This document shows positions 21,599 to 31,091 of a stretch of DNA of 64,000 nucleotides, one piece after another (position 1 is the stretch's first letter; each line of letters begins with the position of its first letter). The stretch is from positions 86,898-150,897 of the forward strand of contig JAKPEO010000124.1 in the NCBI GenBank assembly GCA_029551925.1, in the 5' to 3' direction. The DNA is from a bacterium. GTDB lineage: Bacteria > JAGOBX01. The position numbers were made by a program, and so were the translations under genes. Below the pieces are notes generated by a model that worked only from the letters and a program-made list of their open reading frames with translations, was not told where the DNA came from and made no database searches.

Positions 21599-22381
21599 TC
21601 ACAATTTAGACGATGATTTTAAAATTTCAAGTTTATTGTTTTTTACTGCTATTATTTCCGCTAATATCGCAAGCGCTATTTCTGAAACATCATTATTACT
21701 AATCGGCAATCCAATAGGCGAATATACTCTATTCAATTTTTCAGCGCTTATTCCCTGTGTCATTAATAACTGCTTTACTGCCAAAATACGCTTCTTACTA
21801 CCGATCATTCCTATATACGCCGCATCAGAATTTATTACTTGTTCCAATACTTCTTTATCATATGTATGTCCGCGCGTGACTATCACCAAATAATCAGTAT
21901 TCATAATTTTTATGTTTAATTTATTAAAATCACAATTAAGAGTTTTTACTTTTCCATTAAATCCATTTAATAAATCTGCGCGGTCATCAACAACAATAAC
22001 ATCAAAATCAAAAAAGTTTAATAATTCCGTAAGCCGGCGGCCGCAATGTCCAGCGCCAAAAATAATTACTCTTCTGCGCGGCTCAAAATACTCAATAAAA
22101 AATTCATAATCGAATTTATTATGAGAATATTTAATGATATTAGTATTAAACGAACTATTTTTATTCTGCGGACAAACAGCATTTTTTTCTGGTAATTTTA
22201 AAATAGTATCTATTGGGAATTCTTCTATTTCAGAAAGCAAAATTCTGCCGCTGTCATCAGTTAAAATTTTAGACGCTAATCGCACATTATTATCGTTATT
22301 CAAGCAAATAAATAATATATAAGTTCTGTCTGCTTTTATTATATTCAACAATTCGTCATAAAATTTTTTTGAAGATTTCAT
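21599..22381 (-). CDS. XdhC-family Rossmann-domain protein (XdhC_C / YqeB-like) with a degenerate N-terminal domain.
   Basis: 260-aa ORF. Contains RVIIFGAGHCGRRLTELLNFFDFDVIVVDDR...LVIVTRGHTYDKEVLEQ...AYIGMIGSKKR, which is the XdhC C-terminal NAD-like fold. Confidence 0.55.
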   Translation of the reverse strand: MKSSKKFYDELLNIIKADRTYILFICLNNDNNVRLASKILTDDSGRILLSEIEEFPIDTILKLPEKNAVCPQNKNSSFNTNIIKYSHNKFDYEFFIEYFEPRRRVIIFGAGHCGRRLTELLNFFDFDVIVVDDRADLLNGFNGKVKTLNCDFNKLNIKIMNTDYLVIVTRGHTYDKEVLEQVINSDAAYIGMIGSKKRILAVKQLLMTQGISAEKLNRVYSPIGLPISNNDVSEIALAILAEIIAVKNNKLEILKSSSKL

Positions 22382-22775
22382 AATCGTAAATTTATACTAT
22401 TTTTAAGGTTAGATGTCAATATTTTTTAACACTAAATAATAAAATTTTTTAAGAAGCGTCTAATTTGATATCTGATAAATTATCTATAAATTTTCTGATT
22501 TTTTTTATGATTTTCAGCACATTCAGGACTAATTTTTCATTTTTATTAATCACAAAAATAAGTTTAGATTTAAAATTTCTGCACTGTATCAAAATAAACT
22601 GTAAATGTTTTTCAGCATTTTTTTTGGAAATCCCGTGGCATAAATACATATACAGCGGCTTCTTTCAATATTAAAACAGTTAATCAAGTATGCAAATGCT
22701 GTCAAAAAATTCGCAAGCGCATAATAAAAAATTACGCCTACTGCTAATCTCCCATATTTTAAATAATCTCTATTA

Positions 22776-22796
22776 GGGACAGGCGTCACCTCTTCA
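22776..22796 (+). repeat. Copy 2 of the conserved 21-nt GC-rich intergenic motif GGGACAGGCGTCACCTCTTCA.
   Basis: Identical to 14683-14703. It lies in a 740-bp gene-poor intergenic region. An inverted repeat AATCAAAATGA / TCATTTTGATT follows at about 22816-22862. Confidence 0.6.
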
Positions 22797-23099
22797 CCTC
22801 TTAACTGCAAAAAAAATCAAAATGATTTATACTTTAAACAAATAGAACCGCAGTCATTTTGATTTTTTCCGTTTTACTTTGCAATTTGACGGCGAATATA
22901 AAATTCACTGCAGATACGACAACAACGCAAAGAATTTTTTCCAAAGTTTGTGCGGCTATTATTTTTTAACTGCTTCAACAGTTGTATCAGCAGATTATTT
23001 GTCAGCCAAGAACCCTGACTTACAATATTTATCCCGAAATGATTGATATACAATTAAAAATAATATTTATTCATATTAGTTCGTTTGTTAAAAAAAATA

Positions 23100-23127
23100 T
23101 TGGTGTTTTTTAGAAACACTTTTATTT
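23100..23127 (-). terminator. Putative rho-independent terminator after the acyl-CoA synthetase gene.
   Basis: On the minus strand a GTGTTTCTAAAAAACAC hairpin is followed by CAATATTTTTTTT. It lies immediately 3' of the stop codon at 23122. Confidence 0.35.
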
Positions 23128-24768
23128 TGATATTAACTGTATCGCTAATTCGCGCAATTTATATTTTTGAATTTTGCCATTTGCTGTTGTTGGAAATTCA
23201 TCAATAAAAAAAACATATTTTGGCACTTTGAATTTTGCAATGCGTTCGCGACAATAATCTTTAACATCGCTTTCAGTTAAATCAAATTCCGGTTTTTTTA
23301 TAATAAACGCAGCTACTTCTTCTCCGTATTTTTCACTCGGCGCAGCCACAACTTGAACATCTTTAACGCCGTTAATTGTATATATTAAATCTTCTATTTC
23401 TTTAGGCGAAATATTTTCGCCGCCGCGTATTATTATGTCTTTTGAACGCCCTGTAATTCTAAAATAGCCATTTTCATCGCGGGTCGCTAAATCGCCAGTG
23501 CGCAGCCAGCCGCCCGGCAAAAATACCTTTGCTGTTTCTTCCGGCATTTTATAATAACCCTTCATTACATTATAACCGCGACAACATAATTCCCCTGATT
23601 GATTATCTCCTAATTCTTCAAGCGTATCAGGATTAATTATTTTCACTTCTACGCCCGGCAGACATTTTCCAACAGTTGCAGCTCGTATTTCCGCCGGATC
23701 ATCAACCGAAGACTGAGTGATGCCCGGTGACGCTTCTGTCAACCCATAAACAATTGTTAATTGCGAACAATGCATTTTATTAATCACAGCGCGCATTACT
23801 GACACAGGACAAACAGAGCCAGCCATAATACCTGTCCGCAAACTTGTTAAATCAAATATTTCAAACATCGGCGAATTAAGTTCCGCAATAAACATTGTTG
23901 GCACGCCGTATATCGCAGTGCAGCGTTCTTTATGCACTGTCGCTAATGCAGCGACTGGATTAAATGTTTCAAGCGGTATTATAGTTGCGCCGTGCGTAAA
24001 TACCGCCATTACTCCGAGCACGCAGCCAAAACAATGAAATAATGGAACTGTCAAACACAGCCGATCTTTATGCGTATATTTCATATTTTCGCCAATATAA
24101 TAACCATTATTCAAAATATTTATATGCGTGAGCATTACTCCTTTTGGAAAACCGGTTGTGCCAGAAGTATATTGCATATTTACTACTTCGTCCGGCTTAT
24201 TCAATTTCTGACGAGCTATATATTCTTCATCTGATATTGTATTTTCGCCTAATGCGCTTAATTCATTAATATTATACATTCCGCGATGTTTTTCCTGTCC
24301 GATAAATATCACATTTTTTAAACGCGGAAATTCAGCGGAATCTAAATAACCGCGCGGCTGAACTTTTAACTCCGGTATTAATTCATAAACAATATTCAAA
24401 AAATCATTTTGTTTTAATCCTTCTGTTAATATTAATGTCGTAGCATCTGATTGTTGTAATACATACTTCAATTCATTTTTTTTATATGCTGTGTTAATTG
24501 TCAATAAGACTGCGCCAATTTTAGCAATCGCAAACATAAATATTATCCAATGCGGCACATTTTGCGCCCACAGCGCTATATGCTCGCCGCGCCGCACGCC
24601 TATTGCCATCAAGCCCTTGGCTAATTTATCAACTTCTGTTTTAAATTCCTTGTAAGTTAATCTAAAATCTCGATCGGCAAATACCAGCGCCTCGTTATTC
24701 GGATATAATTCCGCTTGTTTATCTATTAATTCACTTAATGTTAATTCGATAATTTTAAAGTCGTTCAT
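23122..24768 (-). CDS. AMP-forming acyl-CoA synthetase (fatty-acid--CoA ligase family).
   Basis: 548-aa ORF. AMP-binding motif [16 protein letters not shown] and downstream GYGLTE, TGD and K-terminal motifs are present. Confidence 0.85.
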   Translation of the reverse strand: MNDFKIIELTLSELIDKQAELYPNNEALVFADRDFRLTYKEFKTEVDKLAKGLMAIGVRRGEHIALWAQNVPHWIIFMFAIAKIGAVLLTINTAYKKNELKYVLQQSDATTLILTEGLKQNDFLNIVYELIPELKVQPRGYLDSAEFPRLKNVIFIGQEKHRGMYNINELSALGENTISDEEYIARQKLNKPDEVVNMQYTSGTTGFPKGVMLTHINILNNGYYIGENMKYTHKDRLCLTVPLFHCFGCVLGVMAVFTHGATIIPLETFNPVAALATVHKERCTAIYGVPTMFIAELNSPMFEIFDLTSLRTGIMAGSVCPVSVMRAVINKMHCSQLTIVYGLTEASPGITQSSVDDPAEIRAATVGKCLPGVEVKIINPDTLEELGDNQSGELCCRGYNVMKGYYKMPEETAKVFLPGGWLRTGDLATRDENGYFRITGRSKDIIIRGGENISPKEIEDLIYTINGVKDVQVVAAPSEKYGEEVAAFIIKKPEFDLTESDVKDYCRERIAKFKVPKYVFFIDEFPTTANGKIQKYKLRELAIQLISK

Positions 24769-24790
24769 TTATTATTTACCGCCTTTATTT

Positions 24791-25351
24791 TCAAGGAATA
24801 TATAAAACAGCAAGTATCAATGCTTCTCGATTTTCTAATGAATAAATTCTATGCGGTATTATTGAATCAAAATATATGCTGTCGCCTTGCGCTAATTCAT
24901 AATAATTCTTGCCGTAATCTACCGCTATCGCGCCTGATAATATATAGATAAACTCTTCGCCTTCGTGCGACGATAAATTGTTTTTTTCAGAAGCACTAAC
25001 GGAAATAACAAATGGCTCCATATTACGGTCTTTTTTGTTTTTACCTAATGAATAAAATATCATTTTATCTTGCGGTATTCGCTCGCTGTCAACAAATCTA
25101 TCGCTTTGCTCGTATTTATTTGCGCGCGTTATTACGCAACCAGATTCATTGCTATCGTCTAAAAATGTGCCGATCCTGGTAGATAATACCCGCGCGATTT
25201 TAGTTAAATAATACAAATTAGGGATAATCTCATCTTCTTCTATTTTTTTTAATAATTCCACTGGTAATTGAGAAATTTTACTTAATTCTTCAATACTTAT
25301 TTTCCGATGTTCGCGGAATTCTTTGATTTTTATGCCTATTTTTTTGTCCAT
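24791..25351 (-). CDS. XRE-family HTH transcriptional regulator with a C-terminal cupin domain.
   Basis: 186-aa ORF. N-terminal HTH_3 region (IKIKEFREHRKISIEELSKISQLPVELLKKIEE). The C-terminal cupin carries G(x)5HxH-like and GDSIYFDSIIPHR motifs. It lies 22 bp upstream of the ligase gene. Confidence 0.7.
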   Translation of the reverse strand: MDKKIGIKIKEFREHRKISIEELSKISQLPVELLKKIEEDEIIPNLYYLTKIARVLSTRIGTFLDDSNESGCVITRANKYEQSDRFVDSERIPQDKMIFYSLGKNKKDRNMEPFVISVSASEKNNLSSHEGEEFIYILSGAIAVDYGKNYYELAQGDSIYFDSIIPHRIYSLENREALILAVLYIP

Positions 25352-25574
25352 ATTTTTTACCGCTCCTAAATCATATATTTTTTTATTAATTTTATTTCTT
25401 TTAATTTATAAAATCAATAAAAAAATTTTTTCAAACAAATTCAGAGCGCGACCTAAAAAAATCAAATATTTTTAACAGTTGCCCTTTTTTGGAATATTTA
25501 AAAGTGATTGACAAGTTTTTTTTCTAATTTATAATATAAAGTAATTAATTACACAAAAATTCTCGAATAAATTT

Positions 25575-26654
25575 ATGAATTATAGAGATCTCGATAAAGA
25601 AAAAATTTATATATTCAAAAATAACAATATCCAAGAAAAAATACTAACCTTTTATTTCAAATGTTTTGAAAATTCAAAAAAAATAATAATCACAATATTA
25701 GCGGTAATAATTATCATATTTTTTTTTTATTATATTTTTAGAAAACAACAATTTGATATTAAATTAGCGAGCGCTGAAAAAATTAAAATAATCAAAACAA
25801 CAACTATCTTATCGCCTACATTAGAAAATCCATTAAACCTTTTTCCACATTGGCTGCCGAGCGGAGACCAGATAGTTTTTATAACAAGCAGCCAAAATGA
25901 ATATTCTATTAATTTAGCAAATTCAGATAGCGGCGGCAAAATCAAAAAAATACTGAGATCGCAAAAGCCGATAAATTGGCTGACGAAACATTCGATATTT
26001 GAGATAAATAAAGAACCAGTCTGCTCGCCAGACGGCAAATATATAGCGTATATCTCAAATAAAACAGGCATAAACGAAATTTGGCTAACTGATTTAACAG
26101 GCAAATTCCAGCGGCAAATAACAAATTCTCCAGTTAATAAATCAGCACCGAATTGGTCACCTGACGGCAAATATTTAGTTTATCAAATTTTTGAAAATAA
26201 TACCAGCAAAATACAAATAGTCGGATTAGACGGAGAGATTAAAGATTTAATTTTGCGATATAGATTTGATATTAATGAAGCGGCGCCGAGTTGGTCGCCT
26301 GATGGTAGATACATTGTATATACATCAAATGCGAGCGGAAAATATGAAATTTGGCTGTATGATATTGCTAATCGCGTTCACAAGCAATTAACAAATACGA
26401 TTGGCAATAGCGGCGCTCCTGCATTTTCGCCTGATTCTCAAAAAATAATTTTTTTAAGTGAAATTGACAATAATATAGAATTATTTATAATAAATATTAA
26501 CGGCGGCGGAATGACGCGATTAACTCAAACATTGAATATAAATGAATTAACTTGTTCGTTCTCGCCAGACGGCAATAAAATTTTAGTCAGTTGCGCACCG
26601 CTCAAAAACGAAGCGGTTGAAATTAAATTATTAGAATTAGGATGGAAGGATTAA
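25575..26654 (+). CDS. Membrane-anchored TolB-like PD40 (WD40-like beta-propeller) repeat protein.
   Basis: 359-aa ORF with one N-terminal TM segment. It contains at least five PD40 repeats such as SPDGKYIAYISNKTGINEIWLTDLTG, WSPDGKYLVYQ, PSWSPDGRYIVYTSNASGKYEIWLYD, FSPDSQKIIFLSE and FSPDGNKILVS. Confidence 0.7.
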   Translation: MNYRDLDKEKIYIFKNNNIQEKILTFYFKCFENSKKIIITILAVIIIIFFFYYIFRKQQFDIKLASAEKIKIIKTTTILSPTLENPLNLFPHWLPSGDQIVFITSSQNEYSINLANSDSGGKIKKILRSQKPINWLTKHSIFEINKEPVCSPDGKYIAYISNKTGINEIWLTDLTGKFQRQITNSPVNKSAPNWSPDGKYLVYQIFENNTSKIQIVGLDGEIKDLILRYRFDINEAAPSWSPDGRYIVYTSNASGKYEIWLYDIANRVHKQLTNTIGNSGAPAFSPDSQKIIFLSEIDNNIELFIININGGGMTRLTQTLNINELTCSFSPDGNKILVSCAPLKNEAVEIKLLELGWKD

Positions 26655-26658
26655 ACAA

Positions 26659-28200
26659 ATGACAGAACGATATATAGAATTTAAAAAAGAATTATTAAAA
26701 ACTAAATTATCAGATGCCCGCATAAATTCGCAGCACACTAAAAATAAACTTACAGCGGAAGAACGAATAAATTTATTAGCTGATAAAGATACTTTTGTTG
26801 AATTAAATGCTTTTACAACGCATCGCAGTAATAATTTTGATTTGCCAAACAAACGAATTTATCGCGATGGAATAATAACCGGCTGCTGTCGTATAAAAGG
26901 AAAATTAGTATTTGTCGCATTTCAAGATTTTACGGCGATTGGCGGATCTATGGGCGAAATGCAAGCGCAGAAACTTTGCAATGTTTTAGAAAAAGCGCTT
27001 GAAACAGGCGCGCCTTTTATTCAAATAAATGATTCAGGCGGCGCGAGAATCCAAGAAGGCATAATGGCTCTTGAAGGTTACAACAAAATTTTTAAATTGA
27101 ATACATTGGCATCAGGCGTGATCCCGCAAATATCAGCGATATTAGGTCCCTGCGCAGGTGGCGCATCATATTCGCCGGCAATAACTGATTTTGTATTTAT
27201 GGTAAAAGATATTAGCAAAATGTTTATCACAGGTCCGAATGTAATTAAACAGGTTACAGGCGAAGATGTGACATTAGAAGAATTAGGCGGAGCAATGACG
27301 CATAATCAAATCAGCGGTAATGCACATTTTTATTATGAAACAGAACGAGAATGTTTTAACAGCATTCGCGAACTTATCTATCTACTTCCGTCTAATAATA
27401 CAGAATTAGCGCCCGGCCCTGATAATTACAGAGATATAGCTGCACGTCCTGCGCCTGAATTAAATAATATTGTGCCTGATGACCCGAAAAAAACTTTTGA
27501 TATGAAAACTATTATTAAAGCTGTCGTAGATGACAATTATTTTTATGAAGTGCATTCGTTGTATGCTCCAAACGCTATTGTCGGCTTTGCGCGATTAAAC
27601 AAACGCACAGTCGGAATAGTAGCGAATCAGCCGAAATTTTCCGCCGGCAGTATAGATATTAATTCATCTGATAAAATCGCGAGATTTGTTAGATTTTGCG
27701 ATTGTTTTAATATTCCAATTATAAATTTTGTCGATGTGCCTGGTTATCTCCCAGGCGTAAGTCAAGAATACGGTGGGATTATTAGACACGGCGCAAAAGT
27801 ATTATTCGCTTATGCTGAAGCGACTATCCCGAAAATTGCAGTAATTGTGCGTAAAGCGTTTGGCGGCGCTTATATTGCGCTCGCTTCGCCGTCATTGGGC
27901 TATGACCGCGTAATTTGCTGGCCTAATGCAGAAATAGCGGTTATGGGCGCTGAAGCCGCTGTTGAAATAATTTACGCCAAAGAATTAAACAGTTCCGAAG
28001 AACGCGATAAATTCAAAAAACAAAAAGTCGAAGAATATAAAAAATTATTTTCAAATCCTTTGAATGCCGCGGCGCTTAATATAGTTGATATGATAATCGA
28101 GCCGCAATATACTCGTATTGAATTAATAAACGCTATTGAAATGCTTATTACTAAAAAACAATTTAGACCTTATAAAAAACATGGGAATATACCGCTATGA
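26659..28200 (+). CDS. mmdA: Methylmalonyl-CoA decarboxylase alpha subunit, the carboxyltransferase.
   Basis: 513-aa ORF of the propionyl-CoA carboxylase beta / MmdA family. It is the first gene of an A-delta-gamma-beta cluster. Confidence 0.8.
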   Translation: MTERYIEFKKELLKTKLSDARINSQHTKNKLTAEERINLLADKDTFVELNAFTTHRSNNFDLPNKRIYRDGIITGCCRIKGKLVFVAFQDFTAIGGSMGEMQAQKLCNVLEKALETGAPFIQINDSGGARIQEGIMALEGYNKIFKLNTLASGVIPQISAILGPCAGGASYSPAITDFVFMVKDISKMFITGPNVIKQVTGEDVTLEELGGAMTHNQISGNAHFYYETERECFNSIRELIYLLPSNNTELAPGPDNYRDIAARPAPELNNIVPDDPKKTFDMKTIIKAVVDDNYFYEVHSLYAPNAIVGFARLNKRTVGIVANQPKFSAGSIDINSSDKIARFVRFCDCFNIPIINFVDVPGYLPGVSQEYGGIIRHGAKVLFAYAEATIPKIAVIVRKAFGGAYIALASPSLGYDRVICWPNAEIAVMGAEAAVEIIYAKELNSSEERDKFKKQKVEEYKKLFSNPLNAAALNIVDMIIEPQYTRIELINAIEMLITKKQFRPYKKHGNIPL

Positions 28201-28514
28201 TTTTTATTGAAGGATTAGTTTTAACTTTTATAGGTATTGGTTTGGTATTTTTATTTTTAACAATTATTTATTTAATTGTTTTAGGGTTTGAAAAAATAGA
28301 TGAAAACTTTATTGAAAAAAAAGAAGTGGTAGTAAACGTGCAGTTGCCAAAAGATTTTCCAGAAGATAATCTTAAAAAATTAGAAAAAATGGCTGTATTG
28401 GCTGCCGCGATTCATTATTTGAACAATCGTCATCCGTCATTAGTTTATTCTGAAACTTTGCAAGATTTGGAAATTAAACAATTAAATTGGTTTTCAAAAA
28501 AATATAAGGATTAA
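28197..28514 (+). CDS. mmdD: Na+-transporting decarboxylase small membrane subunit (MmdD / OadG-like).
   Basis: 105-aa ORF with a single N-terminal TM helix. Its position between the alpha and biotin-carrier genes matches Propionigenium mmdADCB. It overlaps mmdA by 4 bp. Confidence 0.55.
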   Translation: MIFIEGLVLTFIGIGLVFLFLTIIYLIVLGFEKIDENFIEKKEVVVNVQLPKDFPEDNLKKLEKMAVLAAAIHYLNNRHPSLVYSETLQDLEIKQLNWFSKKYKD

Positions 28515-28517
28515 TTT

Positions 28518-28940
28518 ATGAAAAAATACAATATTAAAATTGACGAACATACATTTATTGTAGATGTTGACCAGACAACACCTGACACTTTAAAAATAAA
28601 AGTGAACAATAATTTGTATTCTGTGACAATTGAAGAAATTATTCAAATGATAGATTTGCCAGAAGAACCGAAAAAAATATTTGTGCCTGTGCCCACACAA
28701 ACAGAATTTACGACAGTTTCAGAAGATGTGAAATTTATGCGTTCGCCAATAGCTGGCGCTGTAATTGATGTGAAAATCAATCAAGGACAGGAAATAAAAA
28801 ACGGCGATTTAGTATGTATAATAGAAGCAATGAAAATGGAAACCGAATTATATTCGTCGCTAACAGGAAAAATCAAAAATGTATTTGTCAAAAAAGGTGA
28901 TAATCTAAAATTAAATCAAAAAATTTTTGAGATTGAATAA
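28518..28940 (+). CDS. mmdC: Biotin carboxyl carrier subunit (MmdC / gamma).
   Basis: 140-aa ORF with the C-terminal biotinyl-lysine motif [10 protein letters not shown]. Confidence 0.8.
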   Translation: MKKYNIKIDEHTFIVDVDQTTPDTLKIKVNNNLYSVTIEEIIQMIDLPEEPKKIFVPVPTQTEFTTVSEDVKFMRSPIAGAVIDVKINQGQEIKNGDLVCIIEAMKMETELYSSLTGKIKNVFVKKGDNLKLNQKIFEIE

Positions 28941-28942
28941 TT

Positions 28943-30067
28943 ATGATTAGACATATAATTGACGGTTTAGAAAAATTTGTCAGTCGCAGCGGTTTTGTAA
29001 ATATTACATTTCCGCAGATTATAATGCTGATAATCGCTGGAATATTAATTTATTTAGCGATAAAAAAAGAATACGAGCCGCTGCTGCTGCTGCCTATCGG
29101 CTTCGGCACATTATTGACTAATCTGCCGCTTACTGGTTTGACTAATGACGGCGGATTATTTAATATGTTTTATTGGGGAATAAAAAGCGGATTGTTTCCG
29201 CCGCTTATTTTTTTGGGTGTCGGCGCGCTCACTGATTTCGGGCCGCTGATTGCCAATCCCAAAACTTTTTTATTAGGCGCAGCCGCGCAAATAGGAATAT
29301 TTATTACATTACTCGGCGCAATATTATTGGGATTTACTTTGCAAGAAGCTTGCGCTATTGGCATAATCGGCGGCGCGGACGGACCCACTACTATTTATTT
29401 AACAAGCAAATTAGCGCCGCATCTATTAGGTCCGATTGCCGTAGCGGCGTATTCGTATATGGCGCTTGTGCCTATTATTCAGCCGCCGATTATGAAATTA
29501 TTAACTACAAAAAAAGAACGAATGATTGTAATGACTCAAACGCGTGAAGTTTCTCGATTAAGCAAAATATTATTTCCGATAATTGTTCTGCTGTTTTCCT
29601 CGCTTTTTGTTCCTGAATCTGCGCCGTTAATTGGTATGCTGACATTGGGAAATTTATTGAAAGAAAGCGGAGTAGTAGATAGATTATCAAAAACAGCACA
29701 AAATGAAATTATCAATATTATTACTATTTTTATCGGGTTATCAGTTGGAAGTTCTATGACCGCTGATAAATTTTTGAAATTAGATTCGCTTTATATTTTA
29801 TTATTGGGATTAATTGCATTTTCAGGCGGCACAGCCTTTGGCATAATCGTAGGAAAAATAATGTCTAAATTAACAGGCGGCAAAATTAATCCTCTTATCG
29901 GAGCGGCTGGCGTATCCGCTGTGCCTATGGCTGCGCGCGTTGTGCAAAAAGTCGGACAGCAAGAGAATCCCGCAAATTTTTTGTTAATGCACGCTATGGG
30001 CCCTAATGTTGCAGGAGTTATCGGTTCAGCATTAGTCGCCGGTATCTTGTTAGCAATTGTTCAATAA
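28943..30067 (+). CDS. mmdB: Na+-translocating decarboxylase beta subunit (OadB/MmdB/GcdB family).
   Basis: 374-aa polytopic membrane protein. Conserved segments include [33 protein letters not shown] and [14 protein letters not shown]. Confidence 0.85.
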   Translation: MIRHIIDGLEKFVSRSGFVNITFPQIIMLIIAGILIYLAIKKEYEPLLLLPIGFGTLLTNLPLTGLTNDGGLFNMFYWGIKSGLFPPLIFLGVGALTDFGPLIANPKTFLLGAAAQIGIFITLLGAILLGFTLQEACAIGIIGGADGPTTIYLTSKLAPHLLGPIAVAAYSYMALVPIIQPPIMKLLTTKKERMIVMTQTREVSRLSKILFPIIVLLFSSLFVPESAPLIGMLTLGNLLKESGVVDRLSKTAQNEIINIITIFIGLSVGSSMTADKFLKLDSLYILLLGLIAFSGGTAFGIIVGKIMSKLTGGKINPLIGAAGVSAVPMAARVVQKVGQQENPANFLLMHAMGPNVAGVIGSALVAGILLAIVQ

Positions 30068-30087
30068 TTGAACACTAAATAATTTTA

Positions 30088-30822
30088 ATGAAAAAAATTA
30101 TTGTTTTTATCTTTCTATTGAATTTGGTTTTTGGCTTTGCTAATTTATGCTTTGCTAATAATAATTATAATGAACTAACAACAGAACAACTTTATAATCT
30201 GCTCGAAAATACAGATTATGTTATTATCGATGTTCGGTCAAAACTCGAATATCTATGCGGCTGTATAAAAAATGCAATATCAACACCTCAGCGAAGATCC
30301 GATTTTTCTAAAATTCCAAAAAATAAAAAAATAATTTTTTACTGCGCTAATATTAGATGTAATGACGCTAAAAACAGTGCAAAGTCAGCGATTGCGCAAG
30401 GTTTTGAAAATGTCTATGTTTATTCCGGCGGCTATGAAGAATGGCTTGAAAAAAAAATGCCGATAACTAAAATTATTGATACTTCTAAAATTGATAAAAC
30501 TGAAATAATATCTGTAAAATCAGGAGATTTAGAAAAAAATAAAAATGATTACATAATCTTGGATTTTTTGAATGATGAAAAATATGGAAAAATTAAAGAT
30601 GCTATAATTATTGAATTTAATAATTTAGATGAATTAAAAAAAAAAATAAAAAAACTAAAAAAAACAAAAAAGAAAATCTTAGCGTATCATTTAACTGAAA
30701 ATTTATCTAAATTATCAGCAGAAGTTTTAATTAGCACAAATTTACTGCCAAAAAAAGAAATTTACTATCTCGAATCAGGATTATTAGCTTGGCTCGCTAC
30801 CGGCAGAAAAACCGAACAATGA
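30088..30822 (+). CDS. Secreted rhodanese-domain sulfurtransferase-like protein.
   Basis: 244-aa ORF with a signal peptide. The rhodanese active-site loop is IIFYCANIRCND, followed by GFENVYVYSGGYEEW. Confidence 0.6.
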   Translation: MKKIIVFIFLLNLVFGFANLCFANNNYNELTTEQLYNLLENTDYVIIDVRSKLEYLCGCIKNAISTPQRRSDFSKIPKNKKIIFYCANIRCNDAKNSAKSAIAQGFENVYVYSGGYEEWLEKKMPITKIIDTSKIDKTEIISVKSGDLEKNKNDYIILDFLNDEKYGKIKDAIIIEFNNLDELKKKIKKLKKTKKKILAYHLTENLSKLSAEVLISTNLLPKKEIYYLESGLLAWLATGRKTEQ

Positions 30823-30930
30823 CAGAAAAATTTTAAAAAAATATATTATAAACCAAGTGCGTGGCGCTGATGGAAATTTCTAAAAAAACTACTTGCAAAA
30901 AAAAGCGTATTTTATATAATCTAAAAAGTT

Positions 30931-31080
30931 ATGAAAAAAGATGATATAATTTTAACTATTTTTTTGACTGTAGTGGTTTTATTAATAGCCAAATCTGCTA
31001 CTCTGACATTTAATCCGCGAATGATGGGCTTATTGGGAATTTTATTTTTTGCGGTTATTATAGCATTAGCCCTTAAATAA
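30931..31080 (+). CDS. Small two-helix membrane protein, about 49 aa.
   Basis: ATG at 30931 to TAA at 31078-31080. Translation is MKKDDIILTIFLTVVVLLIAKSATLTFNPRMMGLLGILFFAVIIALALK. It sits directly upstream of the GT-C-like membrane protein gene. It is absent from the ORF track because it is under 60 aa. Confidence 0.35.
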   Translation: MKKDDIILTIFLTVVVLLIAKSATLTFNPRMMGLLGILFFAVIIALALK

Positions 31081-31091
31081 AATTTGTTTTA

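Noticed and set aside
22589-22810. 73-aa ORF with a TTG start that covers motif copy 2.
   Set aside because: The embedded 21-mer is conserved at the nucleotide level in a clearly non-coding context at 14683. The ORF uses a non-ATG start and has no homolog-like features. It is treated as non-coding.
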